64,000 nucleotides of DNA from Octopus vulgaris (Eukaryota), in assembly GCA_951406725.2 (NCBI GenBank), contig OX597814.1, positions 211,420,001-211,484,000 of the forward strand. Reading direction: 5' to 3'. Below are positions 55,277 to 64,000 of the stretch, piece by piece. The notes below the pieces were generated by a model. That model was not told where the DNA came from, ran no database searches, and saw only the letters and a list, made by a program, of their open reading frames with translations. Position 1 is the stretch's first letter, and every line of letters starts with the position of its first letter. The translations under genes and the position numbers were made by a program.

Positions 55277-55600
55277 ACCCGTTCCGGTGACACGTAAAAA
55301 GCACCATCTGAACGTGGTCGATGCCATCCATCTCGCCCCGACTGGCTCCTGTTCCGGTGGCACATAAAAACCACCATCCGAACGTGGCCGATGCCAGCGG
55401 CGACTGACTGGCGCCCGTGTCGGTGGCACGTAAAAGGCACCGTCCGAACGTGGTCGATGCCAGGCCCCTCTCCCCTTCTCGTTCCTGTGCCGATGACACA
55501 TAAAAGGCACCCACTACAATCTAGGAGTGGTTGTCGTTAGGGAGGGCATCCAACTGTAGAAATGATGCCAGATCAGATTGGAGCCTGGTGCGGCCTCCTG
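55277..55600 (+). repeat. GC-rich repeat with four tandem 66-70-bp units, probably a SINE/LINE 3' region
   Basis: cggtggcacgtaaaaagcacc-like unit at 55284, 55354, 55420 and 55490, followed by ggagtggttgtcgttagggagggcatcc. Confidence 0.75.
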
Positions 55601-56199
55601 AGGAGTGTAAATAAAGTTCTCTTACTGGTATTTCGATGTTTTGCATAGAGTATTGTAGATGCTCCTCTCCATTATGAGCTGTTCAACCCTCGTGTGCGGA
55701 TGGAGCGCTTTTGAAACATGAATACACATGAATTGAAAAATGAAACAAAATGGCACTATACACATTTGATTAAAATTACATGTATGATATAATAACAGTT
55801 TGACTCAGTTTCATGCAATTTAATATTTTGTTGGCTTGCAAAATGAACTAATTGGCCAAGTATTAGTAGATCAAGTAACAATAAATTAGACAAATTCAAG
55901 ATGGTTTCGTGATGTTAGGCCTGTATTAGTCAGCTAAGTTCACATGGTGTAATCGGTTTTCAAATTGTATTAGTCCTTATTCTTTGTTCTGATGTCGACT
56001 TGGTCTGTCAGGGTGTAGGTCGACATGGTATACATACTTTCATAATGAATACACATACGCACACACAAACACGCACACACATACATACACATTTGCCCGT
56101 GTGGGTATACTTCATATGTAGCGTTCTAACAAACCAGACACGTATATTGGACACTCATCTTCTTAGAAAGCTGTAGTAAATACATTGATGTACATAATA

Positions 56200-57880
56200 T
56201 ATGTATAGTCTAACAGCTGTCATGGGCTGGGACATGGAACTGAGCAGTAGAGGATGCAAGAGTAATAAAGCTTATAATCGTGAAATCTTATAATATAGAA
56301 GCTCATTTCACACTTACATTTTCAAGTTGTTACTATGGTAATGTTAATACTGATTGTAGCAGTAAAAAACAAATCCGAAAATAATGTTCACATGATAAAA
56401 TAACGTAACTGATGGAAATTACTATCATATTTAAGTGTCGTTAAGTATTTCGTGAATGTTATATTAATGAACATTATAATATGTTGATACTGAAAAAATA
56501 AAGAGAAAATATTTCTATAATTTTAAAGTCTAGTGGAAGTTTATTAAAAAAGTGGTTTGAATTTGAACTAACACATAATAAAATGTCGGATATAATATGT
56601 TATTTAAAAATTAATACATTAATTAATGCTGCTTAGTTTAACTATGTAGTGTAGTCTACGTTTGTAATTTATTTCCTATACGTCTATTATTTTGAGATTA
56701 TGGAGGAGAGTACATAGTGATGTAAAATAAGGGTGTATGTTACAGCAGTAAATAACAACGACAAGGTAAGAAGATAAACGGTGAAGAGATATGTCAGTTA
56801 ATATTACCTTAAGGAAATACAATATGTGAGGATATTTAGATAATATACACGAATGATAAGAATATTATTGAGATAGAAATAATGTAGATACTTGTTCCTT
56901 CTTCCTATGGTAAATTTGATGCTTGAAAAAGTTGTTGAAAAATATATAAAAACTAAAAGATAAAACAACTCTATGGTGGAGAAATTAAGACTAAATAAAT
57001 ATGTTGTAAGGCGAGAAGGTGAAGTGGATAACTGTTCAAGAAACAATGTTAAAGGTTAAAAATCGAAAAAAAAACCCCAGAAAATAATCTAAGAGATAAT
57101 AGTTATAGGTAAGGTAACATAGGCTAGAAAGTCACTTCGTATAAGTTGTTTGTTATATACGTTGAATAGTGTGGGTATTGTGTGGCTTGGGTGTTGGGAT
57201 AATTATGAAGGTGGAAATGAATAGAAGGTGGAAATGAATACAAAAGGAAGAAAGAAGAATATAAGGAAGAATGAAGAAAGAAGAGAGACAGAAAAGTTTT
57301 ACGATAAAGATGATATGAGCGTATGGAGAAGAATTCTGTGAGTACTATATTTCAAAATTAGGTAAGGATGGCAGTTGACATACGGGGTTATAGGAGAAAA
57401 TCGAAAGAATTTGAAACAAAAAGTACTATTATATAAATTGGAAAATTTGAGAGTTAATATAAAAATAAATTAGAAAATTTTTGCTGGAAAAATGGGAGAC
57501 AGGAAAAAGTAAAGATTCTGAAAATAACAAAGTTATAAAGTAGAGTGATCGATGGCACAGATTACAGAGTTAAAGTGGCTGTAATAGGTAAAAGAATAAG
57601 CTAGAGATAAGCTAAAATATCATTTTAAAGATGTGAAATAATTAATAATTCTATAAAATATAACTTTGTGCGAAAAATATTTATTAAGAAGATAATAATA
57701 ATAGTTATAAGCAAGTAGGATGAGTTCTGTTCTTTTGTGGTGGCGGCGGTAGTGATTGTAGGTTTTAGAATGGATATGAGAAAATAAGATAAAGTATACT
57801 TATGAGATGCATGAAGTGTTATAAGAGACAGGGAATGGACTTGAAGTATGCATACAGTTTTAAATATCATGAGCGTATGT
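56200..57880 (-). mobile_element. Possible heavily decayed Penelope-like element 3' region
   Basis: Minus strand HKRTELI(s)TC at about 57705-57742 resembles the PLE C-terminal NKRxELISxCRH; purine-skewed; tatagtctaac at about 56203 is the reverse complement of the terminus at about 29848. Confidence 0.3.
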
Positions 57881-58177
57881 AAACAACGACATCGAATGTT
57901 TGTTTAAGGGGGTTTTCTAAGCTACAAGCAAATGAAAGAATTTTCTGTGAAATCTACCAGTATTTCTATCTCCAATGTAGTGTTAGGCTCTATTTAAAAT
58001 CTCTTAGTTTCGGCTTCTTGGTGTATACTTGATTTTCAGTCGAAAACATAACCTCGGATAGTAGTAGTTTTTTTTTAATGCTCAAAACGAAGCCTGTACC
58101 GGATTTACCTTGCCGTGGAGCTGATAATATGTCAGATAGATTTGATTGGTTTACTTGGCAATATATATTTACACGTA

Positions 58178-58770
58178 TAAAGCGACGAGCTGGCAGAATC
58201 GCTAGCACGCTGGGCGAAATGCTTTGCAGCATTTCGTCTGCCGTTATGTTCTGAGTTCAAATTCCGCCCAGGTCGACTTTACCTTTCATCTTTCGGGGTC
58301 GATTAAATAAGTACCATTTACTCACTGGGGTCGATATAATCGAGTTAATCCGTTTATCGGTCTTTGTTTGTCCCCTTTACGTTTAGCCCCTTTGGGTAGT
58401 AAAGAAAAAGGATTCCGTCTGTCTTTACGTACTGAGTTCAAATTCTGGTCCACAAATTAAGTGCCAGTTGAATACCGGGGTTGATCTAATAAACTGGTCC
58501 CTTCCCCAAAAATTTCGGGCCTCGTACCTAGATCAGAAAATAATATATATTTACATGTATAACGTGTAGTAGTGGTATAGAAACGTTGGCACGCTGGGAA
58601 CATGGTTACCGGCATTTCGTCTACGTTCTGAGTTAAAATTCCATCAAGGTTGACATTGCCTTTCATACATTCGGTGTCGATTAAATAATTACACATTGAT
58701 CACTGAGAATCGATGTAATCGACTCCCTCCACCGTAATTTCTGGCCTTATGCCAAAATTTGAAACCAATA
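58178..58770 (+). mobile_element. Three consecutive SINE family A units
   Basis: ctgagttcaaattc-like motif at about 58251, 58432 and 58628, with matching bodies. Confidence 0.85.
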
Positions 58771-60414
58771 TACATTTACGTGTATATTACAACAACGAAT
58801 ACATGATTTATTAGTAAACCTATAGGACACCTGCAAATAAACCAGTGATTTTGTTTTGAATTCTACACCGCCACGTAGACGAAACGCAACCATGAAATGA
58901 TATAAGTGGAAATTCGATAGTATATATAATGTCTGCTATAGATCCAATGGCGCTTAAGTAGAGCTAACTCACTAGCTAATTTTTAAAATATATATCTTCA
59001 TATAGTATCTACAACACGGATTTAAAATAAACGTATCGTGTTATATTCCTAAAAGAGTACCCAGAACATAAAAATGTAGTACTATCTCTTGAAGTTTATT
59101 AATATCATATTCATCATAGAGAAACGATCAGGTGTGCAGTAGAAAATTGATCACTCTCTGATACCAGTATATTTTCCAACATGAAAAAGTTGGTTCCCTC
59201 AGCTCAAACAGCCAATCAACTTTGATTAGGTATACTTAAAATTTGCAAAGAATATATATAAATTCAGATATGGAATAATGTCACCAAGTGCGTGATCTCA
59301 TCATGGCTGGAAATACAGGAAAATGATTAGAGATAGTCTACCAAACAGAAGTGCAGTAGTGCAAGGGTGAGTTTCGACGAGAATCATTGATTCTGAATCG
59401 TAAAATCAGTTGTGTTTCCAGCCAATTTCACAAACTCCACTGCTGAAAGAAGCCATAGTACAATCTCATATGATATACTAAATGTCGATTGTAACTAAAT
59501 ACAATATAAAGTGAGCTGAAGAAAATATGAAATTTAATGATTCTAAATTTCAAATGTATCGCTTTCAAATAAACGAGTTCATCGCAACCATGGACACATA
59601 GATTCGGAAGAAAATATAATCAGAAATTCAAAATCAATGTTTGACGAAGTGGTCAATGTGTGTAATGAGACATTTTCCATGGATATATTATTAAATCCAG
59701 AACAATGGGCAGGTGACCGGAGGGATGTTTCGTAGATCGTTCAGAACGACTAAAAGTTATGTCACGTTTTATTTCCTTCGTCTCATTTTCAAAAATATGT
59801 TGCTTAGTTATGGTCGTCATATTCTATCTATCTCACTAGAGAACTTGGAGAAACCCGACGCTGCCTTTGGGAGAAAGTTATTCCAATACAATGGAAGAAG
59901 AATGGGTAAAGCTTCAACGCAAACAGGCGAAATATGGAATTATCTATCTATGTATATATATATATATACATACATACATACAAACATACATACTTACATT
60001 ATATATATATATATATTATGTATGTATGTATGTATGTATGTATGGTAAAGGTGGCATATTCACATTTTATAACCGAAAGGCAGAAATATAGACGTCATTG
60101 AAGTGACTAAGAGTAATAGACAGCACCGGTACTGCTAGAAATAAGAGTCAAAACAACTCATAGCCATAGAAAGCGCTTATCATTATGATTGACAAGGAAG
60201 GGGGGGCAAGCACCTTACATCTAGGACATAGTCAGATCACCAGTGATTTTACATTTCATTAATGCCCGTCAGTGGCTCTTACATGGCCTAGGGTTAAGCT
60301 TGCATTGTCAATTTATAAGACTACCGTAGAAATCGCACGTTAATTTCGTGAATGGTAAAAGTGAAAATTATAAATAGTGAAGGTGGCTTATTCTCAATAT
60401 ATGCGCGTGCGTGT

Positions 60415-60446
<32 letters not shown>

Positions 60447-62094
60447 GCTTGTGTGGGTGTGTTCGTTTAAATGCTAGCGGGTGAAAGAAAAAGTACATAG
60501 CAGAAGATGATATTTTTATTTTAGTTCCGTCAGTCTCTTGCTGTCCTAAGTTTCGTCTGTGGATGCTGAGTCCTCAGGTAAGTTATCAGTTTTTGGAAGT
60601 ATCTGTGAAAATACAGGTGAAACTCAGAGTAGGAAGATTTGCCACGAAAAAGTGAAAGACAAATATATATACATGTACATGCGTGTGTGTGTGTATAGCC
60701 TTCATTAAAGTGACGGTGGGTGCTAGTAACGACTATGCTTATTACCTTTCACTTGTAAATGGCGAAAAGCCACCCTGGTTTATATACGTATGCATGAGTA
60801 TGTTGGTGTGTGTGTTTGGTGTGTGCATGTCTATGTGATGATGTTCCAAAATGAACTACAACCAAGTTTATCTTCGAAAATTAAACCACTTCTCCCACTA
60901 GGCACCATTTAGGGACAGCTGCTTCAACGATTTGTTGCTTCAAGACACAGGACTACAATGACATGTTGAAGAGCTCTGAGATATATGAAGTGTGGATATA
61001 TATGCATTGAAAGGATCTGGATATAGCATTATCAGAAATCCTAAATCGACCTAGCCAAATGAGATAACTCAAATAAGGGCATTTTTATCGGAAACAGCTA
61101 TGGAAACTGTACCCGATACATAAGCAGTAGCCAAGCTTGACTGTGTTACATGGACTGGCACTAGCAAATAGTATTGCACACGTGCATTCGCGCAACGCTA
61201 AATATGTGTGCGTGTTTCAGTATTCGAGTCTTCGGGTAAATGTCCATGTATGTGTGGGTAAAGTGTATAATTATAATCAAAATAAGTAACGTGATATAGG
61301 TAGTGATGCAGTACGACCGTTTCAAGCGGCTCTATTTAATTGAGCAATGTAATCATTACATCAATTTAAATGTAGTGCCATATTCCGTTGCACAAATAAA
61401 TAACTGGAATTTTAACAAGATACATTAATATCATTTCTCTTAAATGTTTATGTTTAATATAGAATTTTAGATACGAGACTTTAAAATGGAGTATCCAAAC
61501 CTTACTTTGTGTATGTCTTTAGTAGTGTGCCTTGAGAGCACGTTTACCCCATACGGCTGTCAGGCATCATCTACGGTACTGCACTTCAGTCGTGAGACCT
61601 ACGTAAGAAATACCTCGATGCACGTTTAGTATATTCTACATAATTCATAGGGAAGACAAAGTGTACTGCTAGGTTTATACAGCATGACGATCGTTTCGCC
61701 ACTTCTGCATTGCTCCCTAGTGGGTGGGAAACGTTATAAGGAATTCGAATGAACTCCACAGTGCAGAATAAACCTAATAAGGTTACATAAGTTACAGTTT
61801 TATAATATGTAAATTTCGCTACTGTGTGTGGCAGGATGGTGTTATTAGGATGCGGACAATTATAGTAGTTCGCAAAGCCATTAACGAGGTAGGGTGCTTG
61901 GTATGTGTTCGGGGAGTGATGAGTAAAGAATAGAAAGATTCAAATACAAAGTATAAATGTGAAGGTCAGAATGGCTTTTGAATGAAAAACATTGAAAACG
62001 TCGTTGAGTTCAGCATTTGTTGGTCATGCGTATCATTCGTCGCAAAGTGGGTATAGACATACACTCATACATTTATATATACATTTATATACAA

Positions 62095-62174
<80 letters not shown>

Positions 62175-62179
<5 letters not shown>

Positions 62180-63028
62180 GAAGTAAATATATAGTACAAC
62201 GAAGTATCGATATTTACTGGAAAATAGCGAACGTAATAAATACGACGTTAATGTATAGCTTCACCGCGTATGTACTAGCACAAATGCGTCTGTGCAACAA
62301 ACTTGAAAAAAATTGTCTTACCTCCAGGGAGAACATCTGAAAGATGAAATACCTAGAAAGGGATAATGTGGTACCGGTTTCAGATTTTTCAAGATATGTC
62401 TGCACACATATACTTGATTTATCTTCATCAGCCAACATATACCTCGACAACATTTCAAATGTTGCCGCATCAATGCCAATACACTCGACTGAAACGCCAA
62501 AACGCTGACAGAACCAGAACAGTGAAGAAGCTTGAATTAAAATAGTAATGCAATACGAGAGTATTGCTTTCCAGTAAAGAATAGCCCGTGAGGGAAAATT
62601 ATACATAGAAGTAAATATATGGTACAACGAAGTACCGATATTTACTGGAAAATAGCGAACGTAATAAATACGACGCTAATGTATAGCTTCACCACGTATG
62701 TCCTAGCAAAAATATGAAGATAAATCAAGTATATGTGTGCAGACATATCTTGAAAAATCTGAAACCGGTACCACATTATCCCTTTCTAGGTATTTTATTT
62801 TTCAGATGTTCTCCCTGGAGGTAAGACAATTTTTTTCAAGTTTGTTGCACACACGCATTTTGCTAGTACATACGCGGTGAAACTATACATCAGCGTCGTA
62901 TTTATTACGGTCGCTATTTTCCAGTAAATATCGGTACTTCGTTGTACCATATATTTACTTCTATGTATAATTTTCCCTCACGGGCTATTTTTTACTGGAA
63001 AGCAATACTCTCGTATTGCGTTACTATT

Positions 63029-63030
<2 letters not shown>
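62175..63030 (-). mobile_element. Retrozyme-like/PLE-derived element: 428-bp monomer, partial tandem copy and inverted copy, between (TA)n arrays
   Basis: 62175-62285 repeats at 62603-62713; 62714-63030 is the reverse complement of 62175-62428 continued into 62538-62602; HHR inside; no meaningful ORF. Confidence 0.8.
62366..62438 (-). ncRNA. Type I hammerhead ribozyme, intact core
   Basis: auguugg CUGAUGA agau aaa ucaag uauaugu gugcag acauau cuuga aaa aucu GAAA ccgg UA ccacau. Long multi-segment stem II, palindromic ACCGGU stem III, GUA triplet; predicted cut between 62372 and 62371. Confidence 0.85.
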
Positions 63031-63101
<71 letters not shown>

Positions 63102-63107
<6 letters not shown>

Positions 63108-63492
63108 AGTTTAACGCAGGTGTAATTCAAATTCTTTTAGTTCCGACACATGTTTCGAAGATATCTCTGATATTATTCCAAAGGAATAAAATGCTGTAAA
63201 ACAATGTAATCTTCCCTTCAGGTAAGTGAAGAAATGAAACTCGTCAAACAGAAAATGATGGATATGTATAGTGATTAACTGAACGTTATAAATATTGTTT
63301 GAAAAAACTTTATATGATAAAACTTCAGAGGTAGCCTATAAAAAGAGGAAGGATAAATTAAAGAAAAACTACAGGAATGAGAAGTGTACTTTGGAAAGTA
63401 TAAACATACTTTGGAATAATTTTTAGTGATATCTTCGAAACATGTGTCGGAAGTAAAAAGAATTTGAATTACACCTGCGTTAGACTCCATAT
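63102..63492 (-). mobile_element. Non-coding element with about 80-bp terminal inverted repeats and a mutated HHR (63139-63227)
   Basis: 63102-63183 versus 63409-63492 inverted; minus strand CUGAAGG gaagau...aucuuc GAAA caugug UC; homologous to 28819-29020. Confidence 0.75.
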
Positions 63493-63642
63493 TTTTATTT
63501 AGATATTACACAAAAAATTTCACGAACTTTAAAAACAAGGAGTTAGAACCTTTTTACTTGTGTGATTTTTTTGCTACCCTGGTAAATATTTATCTAGATT
63601 TTACCGTGTTAATTGTTAACAAGGGAAAAATAAACAAATCTA

Positions 63643-63701
<59 letters not shown>

Positions 63702-63794
63702 ACACACACGCACACATAAATTTATATTCATATATATGAACATACGCACAGACACACAGACAAACACTGACATACACACACACACACATATTGA

Positions 63795-64000
63795 CAAGAA
63801 GATTGCTTTGAATCTCCACCGTTCTGGGTTCAGTTCTTAATCGTAGAACCTTGGGAAGGTGTCTTGTCCTACGCTTTCATGCTGTCCAAACACCTGCGTG
63901 TGGATTTGGTAGATGTAAACGTCGTGTATACGCGTGTTTGTGTGTGTGTGTATGTGTATGTGTTTTGTCTTTCTGCCTCTGTTTGTTTTTGCCCCCACCA
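63795..64000 (+). mobile_element. Diverged SINE family C running off the window
   Basis: gggttcagt...ccttgggaaggtgtctt...tggatttggtaga. Confidence 0.7.

Noticed and set aside
55277-55512. CRISPR-like repeat/spacer look
   Set aside because: Eukaryotic context, repeats imperfect, variable segments partly homologous, no cas genes.
59300-59940. Faint pogo/Tigger-like peptide (VFPANFT)
   Set aside because: A single short motif without supporting ordered motifs.

Overview
AT-rich, microsatellite-saturated animal DNA with no host protein-coding gene I can support; most ORF-track entries are translations of simple repeats. The SINE repertoire resembles octopus/cephalopod SINEs as I recall them (inference, not searched). 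The window is a patchwork of tRNA-type SINEs, two CR1-like LINE 3' ends, an RTE 5' half, two R4/Dong-like relics beside (TAA)n arrays, an internally deleted mariner, two decayed hAT transposases, and two near-perfect long palindromes. The main result is about ten type I hammerhead-ribozyme (HHR) motifs from four or five sequence families, read by eye, mostly in short non-coding elements next to (TA)n arrays. The clearest is a 428-bp monomer at 62175-63030 with an intact-core HHR, arranged head-to-tail plus an inverted, junction-spanning copy. This is the architecture expected of a retrozyme or non-autonomous Penelope-like element (PLE). Repeat boundaries are approximate and no database searches or folding programs were run.
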